A stretch of 56,169 nt of DNA, counting the filler, from Catajapyx aquilonaris (Eukaryota), in NCBI GenBank assembly GCA_000934665.2. It is 3 parts of 3 records of this genome, joined end to end, with 100 filler letters (N's around TTAATTAATTAA, not from the genome) between each part and the next. Parts side by side here need not be neighbours in the genome. Positions count along the whole stretch, not along the records: positions 1 to 18,527 come from JYFJ02006670.1; positions 18,628 to 37,261 come from JYFJ02006671.1; 1 more part is not named here. The stretch is one strand, 5' to 3'. The notes under the pieces are model-generated. The model was not told where the DNA came from and ran no database searches. It was given only the letters and a program-made list of their open reading frames with translations. Shown here piece after piece: positions 13,601-24,827 of this stretch. Numbering within the stretch: the first letter of the stretch is position 1; the number at the start of each line of letters is the position of its first letter. The position numbers were made by a program, and so were the translations under genes.

Positions 13601-14733
13601 ATGGCTGCTTCGTACGGACGTATGCAGGACATCCTGGGGAGGACGGACGAGGAAGACCCCAAACTTACCTCCATATACAGGGTCACCCGCGTGGGGGTCG
13701 CACTCACCCAGACCCTCAAGGAAATGAAAGAGGTAACGAGGGGTTGTCGACTTGCAATGTGTGGCCTGGGTCTGGACCTGGTCTGTAATCATTTCATGGC
13801 AGAAACCGATAAATAGCCAGAGAGCCATTGATTTGACACCTTCCTAATCAAACATACAAACAAACGAGTGCGCACCCACATTCGAGCAGCTTTATTGTTC
13901 AGGCAACGTTGCCAGTTACTCCCCAGGGACCTGTAACCTTTGAAGTTCGCTCTAGGGATTTGGCAACGTCGCAAACGTTGGCCATTTTCATTCCCCACAA
14001 GCGTAGCGTTGAAATAAGTGCAGCGCCCACTAGGACTACTAGGTCCTTACCATTAGCGGTGCTGATAATGCCAAGTGTGGTGCGCACTTGGTAGAAAATT
14101 TGTGTACAATGTGCTGAAATGCAGCTGAATATTTATTACAGGCGGGTAAGCTCACCCAGAATATGGTGAGCCGCATTCTGGTCATGTTTGACAACAAGGT
14201 ACTTCAAATGATCCAGACGGAGGGGTTTGGAAGAGAGTGTGACTTCGAGGTGAGTCCCAAGCAGCTGTTGTTTGTGGACCAAGATTGTGAGATCTCTGCT
14301 TTATTTACAGGCTGGAAAGATGATGGATTACAATTTCCTCAATGACGTGGCATTATTCAGGTTGAAAGATGTGGTGATGGAAAGCCATCGCAGGGATCTT
14401 GACGTCATACCAAAGGTTGACCTGCTGGTAGTGTCTGCGAGGAGTAAGGCTAATTCTATGTATGATTAAGCATGTGTTAACTCCCTCAAAAGTAGTCTCC
14501 AGTGGAATGTACAGTCGGCTTAAGAAGTATCTTACCAGACCAGAACAAGATATAATTTTTAGGTCTGGTCTGGTAAGATACACCTTGAACCAACTGTACT
14601 TAGGTTTTAATGCAATGCAAAAATTGATTTGTGTATAACTAGTGATATATTTACTACTCCTCCAGAGTTTGAAGAAGACAGAAAGCAGTCGAAGAAAATA
14701 TTGGCGGATGTTAATTTATTACTCCAGGCATAA
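13601..14733 (+). CDS. Divergent transcription initiation factor IIA gamma (small subunit, GTF2A2/TfIIA-S-like) paralog
   Basis: Exons 13601-13732, 14142-14249, 14311-14443, 14666-14733 (146 aa), all GT-AG and in frame. If the last intron is unspliced the frame stops at 14469 (132 aa). SIYRVTRVGVALTQTLKEM..GKLT..MVSRILVMFD...FEAGKMMDYNFLNDVALFRLKDV...KVDLLVVSAR aligns end to end with TFIIA-gamma (QLYRNTTLGNTLQESLDEL..GQIT..LAFKVLLQFD...[23 protein letters not shown]...KVKIVACDGK). Good start context ACCATGG; CCAAT boxes at 13461 and 13492; AATAAA at 14935. Confidence 0.85.
13863..14040 (+). repeat. Dispersed repeat in TFIIA-gamma intron 1 (other copies 36205-36640 and 51253-51410)
   Basis: Shared blocks GTGCGCACCCACA, GTTGCCA...TTGGCAACGTCGCAAA.GT.GCCAT; the 13.9 and 36.6 kb copies also share AAGCGTAGCGTTG.AAATAAGTG. 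Confidence 0.75.
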
Positions 14734-14981
14734 GGCAGTTGCAGGTGAGATAAAGTAATAATTTTTAAGGTACTGTGTTTGATGCAATTTGTTTGCTTTA
14801 AAGGCCCTCTTTAGATGGTCAGGAACACTAGGGTTCCAAAGAGGCCTCTTAAGAAGAAAGCCAGATAGCAGAAGTAGAGGAGCTCGTGGATGAGACAGTG
14901 TGAGAATTATGTTTAACCATATTAACCCTGTGGAAATAAATCTGGATGAAAATGAAAAGAACTGTTGTCAATTATATTCAA

Positions 14982-16900
14982 TTAGCAGGATACCCGGCGT
15001 TTCTCGGGTTAGGAAATACTTTTCCATAGGAGTGACTCATTGATTTGGTAGTTACCTTTGCAATAATTAAGGCTATACAATGTTGGAATACGCGAATACC
15101 AGTAACATGGAGCATATTGCATGTGCATGAAGTCCAAACAACACACTAAGGATGTCAGATTGTAAGAAAATACACAATACACCTCCAAAATCCAGCAAAA
15201 GTATGTATTGAAAAATTGAAGGTTGTGCAGTAAATGTAGAATGTAGAAGCTCCAGCATGGCAGAGCTTACAATCTGACATCCATTGTGTGTTTTTTGGAC
15301 TTGATGCACATGCAACCCCTCAATGGGGCCCGACCATGGGCGATCGACCAGCAGGAGCGATGCCGACGGTGTCCTGAGCCCCGTGAAACCCTCCCTCATG
15401 TTCTCGGCCATTGCATGTGCCATGCAGCTTTCTACCAAAACAGGCACAACGCGGTGGTGGAGCGTGTGCGGAGGGCATCGAGGCTCAAGTTCTCTATCCT
15501 TGGAGACAACCAGAAGGTCGTTGCAGACTGTCCCCAGCGACCTGACCTCGTCCTGGTGAGTGGTGACACTGCGATCATCATAGACGTGACGGTGCCATTC
15601 GAGAACCGGAGGACGGCTTTCGAGGAGGCTAGAAGAAGTAAAGAGGAGAAGTACGCTACCCTGGCAGAAAGACTCAAGGCCCGGTACCGGCAGGTTCATG
15701 TTGAAGCGATTGTAGTAGGGGCTCTCGGGTCGTGGGACCCTGCCAACAATAAAATATTGAGGAAGTTGTGTGGCAGGGCCTACCTGAGACTCCTGCAAAA
15801 ACTTTGCGTTTCAGATTTTATCTCTTGGTCCCGTAAGGCCTACATTACTCATGTGACAGGGAAGGAGCAGTCTTAGGGGAATGTTGGGATGTGCATGTCT
15901 GTATTCACTTGTGCTTTTCACCTGTTGATATTGTTTTTCTTGCTGTTTTTGTGCTTTGTGTCCTTGGGACGTTTTGTCTTTGCACTGAAATACTTTTGTC
16001 AATTAATAAACATTTTGGTATGGCCAATTACGTTCATAATTGCATAGATGAAGCGTGTTGTCTCGAAGCTTCACTGAACACAATAGCCTTCTTATTACCA
16101 TGCTCCTGACCACTCATGATGACAGCAATCTCATTGCAAGAAGGTTGATTGAATCGACCACGATGGTCACATTGTGGTCGCTTGTCTGCATCGATAGTCT
16201 AATTCCAGAAGAGGAGGACTCTCAAGTGCAAGTTTGAAGCTTTTGACGCAAACGTGTGAGTGGAATGGATCATCTCCTGAAGTTGCAGTATGATGTGGAG
16301 GCGTGTGCCGTTTAAGTAGGTGCAACGGTATTCCGCCTGCTGTTGCATGTTCCCCACGAAGTAAAGTTGCAGAAACCGTGGACTCTAATTTCCTGAAGGA
16401 AGGAGTGATCCCATGCGATGGTAAATTTGGCCTTGCACTTTGAATGTAGGCATGAAGTTCCCTTCTCTAACAACGTTGGCCCCAAAAGATGTCATCTGGA
16501 AGTTAGGCCGAATTGTAATTTCCGATGGTCTTCAGGAAATGTTTTGAATCAGGTGATGTACCTGAGAGGAGCATTTTAAGTAGCTGTGGAGGCTCAGCCA
16601 GTAGAGGAAGGCTAACCTTTCCAATGGAGCAACAGATCGTTTTTGTTTCACTCTTCCACTTCTTTGCCTGACAATGGTGGCATATCTCTGACGTGGGACC
16701 AATTGCAACAACATTGACAGAAGAATAGTCCATGTCTGCTGAATAGTGGAAAGCGGCATGTAGGAGGTGGGTTGATGAAAATGGAGGTAATCCAGCTAAT
16801 CTCCGACTGATGGCCGCGTTTCTCAGAGTGGAGACATGCTTGGTGTTCTTCCTCAGTCTCTTGGTCCCTCATCCTTAGCCGAACTCTGCGTGTATCCAAT
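14982..16900 (-). mobile_element. Decayed Helitron: RepHel N-terminal fragment (~16900-16030) and 3' terminus at 14982
   Basis: CHHCQAKKW..ET..ICCSIGKVSLP, FQMTSFGA, FKVQGQIYHRMGSLLP, FLQLYF and DADKRP...RFNQPSCNEIAVIM are Helitron RepHel motifs, broken by stops; 3' end CCCGAGAAACGCCGGG hairpin + TATCCTGCTAA, same family as 37362-37454. Confidence 0.9.
15286..16010 (+). mobile_element. 5'-truncated RLE-type non-LTR retrotransposon (NeSL/Utopia-like), nested in the Helitron
   Basis: ORF 15286-15876: CCHC finger CRRC..ETLPHVLGHC, RHN, RPDLV, IIDVTVPFENR, KEEKY, IVVGALGSWDPAN, WSR.AY..HVTG; T-rich 3' UTR ending in AATAAA. Confidence 0.9.
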
Positions 16901-18527
16901 GCGCTTCTGCCAATGCTACTATGTTTTTTAGGCCCATCTTAAAGTCGGTGGGGTGTTGAGAATGTGGAGGTCCAAACGTTACAAAGTGAAAAAACAAACA
17001 AATGCAAAAAAAAGATGAAAACTACATGACACAGTACCTACGTAGACCACATTATGCCACACCTTATACTCGTAATACCGTTATACACATTATACCACAC
17101 CTTAAACACGTTAAACCACATCCCATAACGACTTTTGAAAATACTTTGAGAATGTGGAGGTCCAAATTTTACGAAGGGGGAAAAAACAAATAATAGCAAA
17201 ACGATTGAAAGCTACATAGTGACACAGAACGTAATACAGTTCGGAACAGGAGAATTCCGACAAAAAGCACATGACACAGTACGTAGAGGAAAAGGTATGG
17301 CAGAAAAAGTACGCCCAAGAAGATCCCGACAGGCTGCCTGAACAAACAACCCAAAACCGCTATTCTTACGTACATACAGCGCATTTGTACCACCAGCTCG
17401 AACCCTGGGCCTGCCCCGAGGCCGTAGCTGGACCGTGCCACCGTGTCTAGGATAAAAATGGAATAAGATACCAGGATAGCAAGATATGGAACTCGTTAAA
17501 TTATGAACAAAACCTGATCATTACCTATAATATTATACCCAACATTCTCGTAACCAAGGTAACAGTGTGTAAACTTGGAAATGGAACAACGTATGCAGCC
17601 AATGTGAGTACAAAACACTGACCAAAGTACAGCCACCACGTAGAAATGTAATAACACTGCTGATGCGCTGGAGGCGGCTGGAGGAGGTGACAGCAGGGGG
17701 GGAGGGGGGAGGATATGGTTTCCAAGGCAACTGAACAGCATTATTGGAACACAGGGGGGCCAACATCCAAAGTTCTTTTCGCCTCCTGTGGCCAAGGATG
17801 ACCTCGGAGGTCAATTCCAATGTGCTAAGAACCTTCCCGGTAAAAAACTACCCCTAGTGATACCCCTGGGGCATATGTGGAGGCCTCCGTATGGAACTGA
17901 TGAGGTCACAAAGGACAGAAGACAGACATAGGTCTTGAAATTAGGGGGCACGGCAGTGCCCCCGCCAAGTTCTCGCCGCACTGCCGGACCACCTTTACCC
18001 GACACAACTCACGTCATTTTGACCCCCTCGAATCTTCGCACTGGTGAACACACGTGACTTCAAAATTTTTATTTGGGTAGATAAAATTCGATTAAACATA
18101 ATACCCCCTTACTTCCATGTTCATATCTCTTTTCATTTCCGACTTAAGAAATCCTAAAAACTCCCGAAACGGCCAAAATATGACACTCACTCACTGACTG
18201 ACTGACTGACTCACTGATCATCAAAATTATACGGAGCTTCCAGTGGTCCTAGGATGCTGAAATTTGGTATGCTGGTAGAGCTTGTCAAACAAACATCAGA
18301 ATAAATCTGAAAACGGCACTTTTTTAAGTCTAAAAGGCTCAAAAAAAAATATTTTCACGAAGTCTGCTGCTGCTGACCAGATGCGGCATTTTTACCACGG
18401 ATTACTTTTTACTTTGAAATTCCAGTTATGCGGGTGCTCCTCCTGCCATCCACACGTTCTCGTCATCTCCTTACCCCCTCCCTCCCCCCTCCTGCATACC
18501 GCTAGCCAACGACGTAGCCAGCCCCCC

Positions 18528-18626
18528 NNNNNNNNNNNNNNNNNNNNNNNNNNNNNNNNNNNNNNNNNNNNTTAATTAATTAANNNNNNNNNNNNNNNNN
18601 NNNNNNNNNNNNNNNNNNNNNNNNNN
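18528..18626. other. Assembly gap with TTAATTAATTAA linker
   Basis: N-run with an all-frame-stop linker in the centre (18572-18583). Confidence 0.95.
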
Positions 18627-18834
18627 NGTGCAAGCGCGCGTGTAAATGCCGCTCATAATTCAGGGCTTGATGAGGCCTGGATGGAGATGGCGTTGAAATA
18701 GCTGGAGCCCAAAGTGTGGGGCCCGCCTTCATAACTTCCACCAATTTTGGCATGCTAACTGCTCCACATAAAAGGCAACTTCAAGTTGGGTCACTTACAA
18801 ATAAATGAGTTGGCCTTACCCGCTCCTCTCACTA

Positions 18835-19130
18835 TATAATCAGGCGGATGCTGCCATTGGATGTTGGAGGAAGGATGTTAACAATGTCCATGCCAACCAG
18901 GGTGGTCGGGAAAACGTGTCTCCACCAATGGAGACTGTCATTTGGGTGTACTGAACATGCATACAGTACATGACACTTTCCGACTGGTAACACCAGGAAA
19001 TTTAGTGAATTGCCATCAATCACTGACGCGTGCCCATTTTCATTCACTCGGCTTCACATGTTATGCCGACTATCTGATGTGTATGAGGCATTGTGAGAGT
19101 GCGTGGTCATGCCTTCATTAAAAGAAGTGA
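18835..19130 (-). mobile_element. Possible highly decayed Gypsy integrase fragment
   Basis: HDHALS followed (with frameshifts) by VGMDIVNILPPTSNGSIRLII, resembling the integrase start VGIDIVGPLP.T..GN.YIL; weak similarity only. Confidence 0.35.
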
Positions 19131-19277
19131 TCGTCTGGTATAGTCGAGCCCCTCTCTTTTCCACCCGGGCTTTTCGATAAGATTAGGCCCAAAGTCTGAT
19201 TTTCTCCCTCGCGCAATGCGGAATTGATTGGCCGTATTTTAGCCTGGCTGGAGGCGGTATGGGGAGTGGGGGGAAGG

Positions 19278-19312
<35 letters not shown>

Positions 19313-20551
19313 CCTGCCAGGGCCTGAAGAGAGAGAACAGCTTGGAAATCCTTTTCCTGTGAACCTCGCCCCTTAACGCTACTTTATCCCCCCCAAGCTG
19401 AAGGCGAGGAGAGAATAAAATTGCCAGGAAATTTCCCCCATCTCCTTCCTCCACCATCTATACTATGCACTGTATGATCCGTTAATTGCCTCCAGCATGG
19501 ACAAACAGAGGCACAGACAGCCCAATTATATTAATGATATTGTTCGACCTTCTTATATCTTTTTTCCCTATATACTTAAACCCCCTCAGATTTTCTTCAA
19601 CACCCTTTACTTTTTACGACATCGTTACTTTCAAGGGAGCTACCTGGAACATACGCCTTGAACATAAATCAAGGGGTGCGGATTGCTCCCTGGGTCGTGC
19701 CCGGTTATAGGTCACCTGCAAGTAAGAGGGGGGATCTGACACAATTGAATCCCTTCGATTATTGTGCCTCCCCCCTTTGATCCCTATAGCAATCAGATGG
19801 CTGCAACTTACCCGGTTGGAAGGCTTATCGGATCAGTAGAAAACGTCACGGACAATGGGAGGATCTACTGGGTTTTAGTTACAGTCGGTTTGTGCCAGAG
19901 GATGATATACAGGTGGAGAAGAAAAATAAATCCGACGATCTTGATGCGACCAAAATGTATCAACAATACGTGTAACAAAATACAGAATCCTGCTGGATCA
20001 TCCCATAGCCAAACAACACCAGCAGTTAATTCGCCATGGTGTGCAGAAATGTCAGAAAACGTTTTCATGAATTGGTCGGAAACAGCCTCGGGATGGGTCC
20101 AAAAAGCCGCAGTCCGCCGGCTATTGGGCTCCACTCCCCCCACATATTATTCAGCAGCAATCCGGGGGTCGGTCCAGCCCAGCCACAACCCACGATTGGT
20201 GCCTACAGGGTGTGCAGCAATCACCAAAGTCCAGCACAGGGTGTGCCCCCAACACCAGCAGCCAAGCACAGGATGCGCAGACATGTCCGTTTCCATCCAA
20301 TCGCTTTAAAAGGGTGCCCTCTAATTACGCGATAATGGCTTTTCAATTCCCTGCCATTCTAGTCCCCACCCGTTTAAAAATTCAAGATGCAAGTGGTAAT
20401 TCCAACGGTGGCAGGGGCGCTTCATTTTCGGGGCCCAGAATTCCGTCGGTTAATTGAGATGAATGCGCATCTGCACTCGGGTCACTGCGCAGTTTGTCCT
20501 TAACGACCTGGCACTTTTCACTTCCACTTATCGTACTTCGGTTCGTCACAA

Positions 20552-20569
20552 TGGCGCCCAACGTGGGGC
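20552..20569 (+). mobile_element. LTR-retroelement primer-binding site for tRNA-Lys(CUU), preceded by a probable LTR end
   Basis: Exact TGGCGCCCAACGTGGGGC one base after ...CGTCACA; no second LTR or pol found. Confidence 0.75.
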
Positions 20570-22330
20570 TACGACAGGACTATATACACATGTGCCAATA
20601 AGGGTTGCTCCAAATACCTCTTCTGGTGCCGGGAAGTGATCTGAGGCAAAATAGGCCTTAGTGAATAAAGCATCGCTTCATTTTCCCTGAGAGAAGCAAG
20701 AGCAATGGGGCAGAAGATGAGCAGCTTCCTCTCTCAGGCACTTCGCCCGAGTGAAGACAAACACCGGCAAATAATTGGCGATGGCGGTTTCATTAAAGAC
20801 AATCGTCGTGACGTCTCCAGACGACACTTGCCTTGGGTTGCGCAACGGGGATCAGGCACAAAGGGAAAACGCCGACAAACCGTACCCCTCCCTGTTTATT
20901 ATTACCCCAGGAAATTAATTTTCAAAGGGCCTCCAGGGGGGAGGATAGGAAGAGTTCCCTCCCCTCCCCCCCCTTCCTTCCAGATAGAGTCGGCAAGTTT
21001 CCTTACTTGTGAATGGAAGTTAATTTTGCTCCGCTACCTCCACGCAAACAGAGCACTGCAAGGAAGGGGGATAATATAGGCAATTAGGTGCATCCGGAGG
21101 CTTCCTTGCCCTATCGCAACCAGATATAACAAGGTGATAAGATGCCATGATCTCCGACTGTCCACGTAGTACGCTATGTCGCACATAGATGGCGCAACGT
21201 CCAACTCTGCACACTACCTAGTATTTAACAAGTCCCTCGCTCCAGGGGTCAAGTTGGGTTAGATAATACTGTGATAGTGTTTCATTTTAAAGTTTCAGTA
21301 TGTGCCAATCTTTTTTTTGTCGTCCATATTGACCATTTTTTGTGTACAGTGCAATGCGGGTCCTTCGTCTGCCATAAAGGCCTTCTGCGACCAGTTGTAC
21401 TGTACCGGACGAGTGTCCCAGATGTGTCCGCAATACACGGACGACCCTCTCTTTTTTTTCCCCCCTCCCCATCAGCCTATGACGTCCCTTCAGAGCCTGA
21501 ATAATTTATCCCAAGAAGCCACCAGCTGCAACTTTGCCTCAAATTCGACCACCTTGTCCAAACTGTCGTGTAACCTTTTCCACTTTGCCCTTCCATGTCG
21601 GCAAGAGACAAAGAAGCAGGTGTAATTCAACGGAGACACTTCAAAAGTCCATCGGCAAACATGTGGAAGGAGGGTCGGTAAAAAAAAAAAGACTTGGCCA
21701 CTTCTGGGGTTGATGTGTCACGACTTTTCGGCGGAGGCAGGCCTTGATTGCACTTTTAGTACGAATCTCTGGAGGCTGAGAGAGGTAAAAGAAAGAAAAG
21801 AAAAAGTAAACTGCAGCTAATGTTACGCTCCGTGGAGGACAATTAAAAATTAAAGGGGTGTACATGGCTGGAGGATACTTAAGACATTTCTCTCGAAAAG
21901 CGTACCGGAAGTTTACATTTGAAAAGAATCAATTAATAATGCGCTTAATTGTGCTTGCGGTATAATTAATGAGCTGTAACTTGAACTATACAATATTTTT
22001 CATATCCATTCTGACCTTTGCACGTACAAAATGCTGCTACCGACTGGCAAAATAATTTGGTCCAAAACGCGACGTATTTACGAACGTCCTGGTCCTGCGC
22101 AATTTCCCTTAATTTTCGAGTCGTAATTTGGTCGCCAAGTGAAGAGGAAGATGGGTTTGAATGAGATCGTTTCGCTGCAGTAGAAATGCCCTAGCAACTA
22201 TGCATAAAAGCGGAGGAAAAAAGAAGATTGACGACAGGAGCAAAATGTCGAGCGGAAATGTTATGCGATTTATTCATTTAACGAGCTTGTTAGGTATACA
22301 GGGTGGTCCACTGCTTCTGAGAGTGGCATC

Positions 22331-22381
<51 letters not shown>
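22331..22381. repeat. (AGT)n microsatellite
   Basis: About 17 perfect units. Confidence 0.95.
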
Positions 22382-22382
<1 letters not shown>

Positions 22383-23914
22383 CATAGCGCCATCTATGGA
22401 TGTCATATGGTACTACCTTGAGTGTATTAAATCCCAGTCATATAATGCAAAGTGGAAGCATCCATTGCAGGATCTGAGACAGCATCCCGGAGGTCCTTCC
22501 CCCATCTGTGGCTTTACTTGTGGGGAAAATTAGGTCCGGAGACCCATCATAAATGTTCTCTGCCACAATCGCTTCAGGGGGGGGGAGGTGGGCGAAACCA
22601 TAGAAGGAGGAAATCGCTCGGCAACTAAAAGTTTAGTCGGCCATAAAAGCCCTCCGTGCGGCAATGTTAGAGGTCAAGTATCGGGATCGCGTACAGGATT
22701 AAGCTTCGTCTTGTCCTGATGCAGCAGCTGCCAAAAGTTCGACTCCCAAAGTTTATATATACCCTGCGTGACCTCTTGACCGTTACACGGACACGACCCG
22801 CAGAATTGAAATTAGCTGACCATCGCGTACACAGCAAAATTAGTATTTGAAAGTACATGTATCATTTCAAGTGGACAGTGCATGGTAATAATGACACAGC
22901 TACCAAAAAAAAAAAAAGTTCGGAAAAGAATCCGTCTCGTGGCCCTGCCAGGCACGGTATGTCGCATTGCCCGATGATTAATAATTGCGAGCGTGTAGGC
23001 GAGCTGGGGGCTTATTGTGTGTTGTGTACACGCCAACAATGCTGTCCGTCTTGTGCGCCGCAGGCCAACGAACGTTATTGTGGCTTTGCCAATTTGTCAT
23101 TTTTACCTGAATTAAAAGTGGACACAGAGTGACAAAATATTTTGGTGACGCATAAGCTCGAGCGATACCGTGTATTAGGACACCGCACGGTGCGATAAAC
23201 AAGCCGTCGCGTGTAAAATTACCAATCATGGCTGCGGCTAAAGTCATTATCTCCTGAAACCCGGGAAAAAAAAGTAAAAAAAACCGGGCCCAAAATTCCC
23301 CCCCACCCACTCTCCTACAGCCGAGGTTCCTGTTTGAGCCCGAAAAGTATCCCCGAAAATTTTAATGAAAATTTTACAAGCGTAAATGTTCATAAGCAAA
23401 GTTGTTGTGGACAAACAGATGGGCGCAGCAAACCTTCTTGGCCGGTAATTACCTCGGCCGGGCAGGGCCAATCTGCATCAGGCCCATTTGCAAGGGTTGG
23501 GTGGGTGCTGCTGCTGCTGCTGCTGGGGAGGATATAATTCCGCCTCACCCCCACACACACCAAAAAAACGAAAAAAAAACGAGACTATAAAACCCCCCCT
23601 CGCGCCTTAATATAGCAATTAGCAACGAGAAGACGGCTTTTGCCTAATCCCGACGCATCGTCAGCGGAGTGGTCCGCACCCCCAAAATGCTGGTCATTTG
23701 CAGGTCAGTTTTCTGGGAGGTTGCCTCTGTCACGTCGCCACAGGCCACAGGATGCGCGGACAAACATAGGCACAGACTCCAGCCAATAATATAAGGAAGA
23801 TACTGCAGGTTAGGCCATCTCCACCAACAATAATATTATAATACTGTACGCTTGAATTAGGCGTATACCGGTACAACGATGCCATTGGAGCTAATAAAAC
23901 TAATTATAAAACCA

Positions 23915-24771
23915 ACAACTAATAAGTGCGGTAATAATATAACTTAACTAATAAGTACGGTAATAATATAACTTAACTAATAGTGTAACTAATAACTTAA
24001 TTAATAATGTAACTAATGACTTAACTAATAATGTAACTAATAACTTAACTAATAGTGTAGCTAATAACTTAATTAATAATGTAACTAATGACTTAACTAA
24101 TAACGTAACTAATAACACTTACTAATAGTGTAACTAATAACTTAACTAATAGTGTAACCAATAACTTAACTAATAATGTAACTAATAACTTAACTAATGA
24201 CAAAATAAGGTAATACATATCATGTTAAACTAATAACTAAGAATAAAGTACCGTACTGTAATACATACAGTAGTGTTATATTAATAACAGATACATGTTA
24301 CATTAATAACAGATACATGTTACATTAATAACTAATATTACATAATCAATCAATTATTTATTTTACCCACGATTTTACCTCACAGGGACAGGTTTCCCTG
24401 AGGGATACCACTCCAAATTTACACTGTACACTTATTAATATTACATAATAATGTTAAACTAGTAGCTAAGAATAAAGTACTGTAATACATAATGTTAAAT
24501 TAATAAAACCAATACACTAATGTTAAATTAATAAAACCAATACACTAATGTTAAATTAATAAAACCAATACACTAATGTTAAATTAATAACAGATACATG
24601 TTAAATCAATAACTAATATTACATAATGTTAAATTAATAACTAATATTACATAATGTTAAATTGATAACTAATATTACATAATGTTAAATTGATAAAACC
24701 AATAACTAATATTACATAATGTTAAATTAATAAAACCAATAACTAATACCAATATATAATAAACTAATGGC

Positions 24772-24826
<55 letters not shown>
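23915..24826. repeat. AT-rich compound minisatellite (24-bp and 28-bp units) ending in (AAT)n
   Basis: TAACTAATAACTTAACTAATAGTG units, then AATGTTAAATTAATAAAACCAATACACT and TAATATTACATAATGTTAAATTAATAAC units, then (AAT)n 24772-24826. Confidence 0.9.

Positions 24827-24827
<1 letters not shown>

Noticed and set aside
17890..17945. Hammerhead-like CTGATGA-GGTC...GAC
   Set aside because: The required GAAA reads GAAG, stem II is imperfect and no stem I partner is found.
18572..18583. Palindromic TTAATTAATTAA inside N-runs (also 37306-37317)
   Set aside because: Identical placement in both gaps; artificial scaffolding linker with stops in all frames.
19764..20309. 181-aa ORF
   Set aside because: Non-ATG start, no recognisable domain, codon bias or exon partners.
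20705..21079. ORF starting MGQKMSS ~135 bp after the Lys PBS, superficially like a myristoylated retroviral Gag
   Set aside because: No capsid or zinc-knuckle motif, low-complexity tail and no pol; most likely chance.
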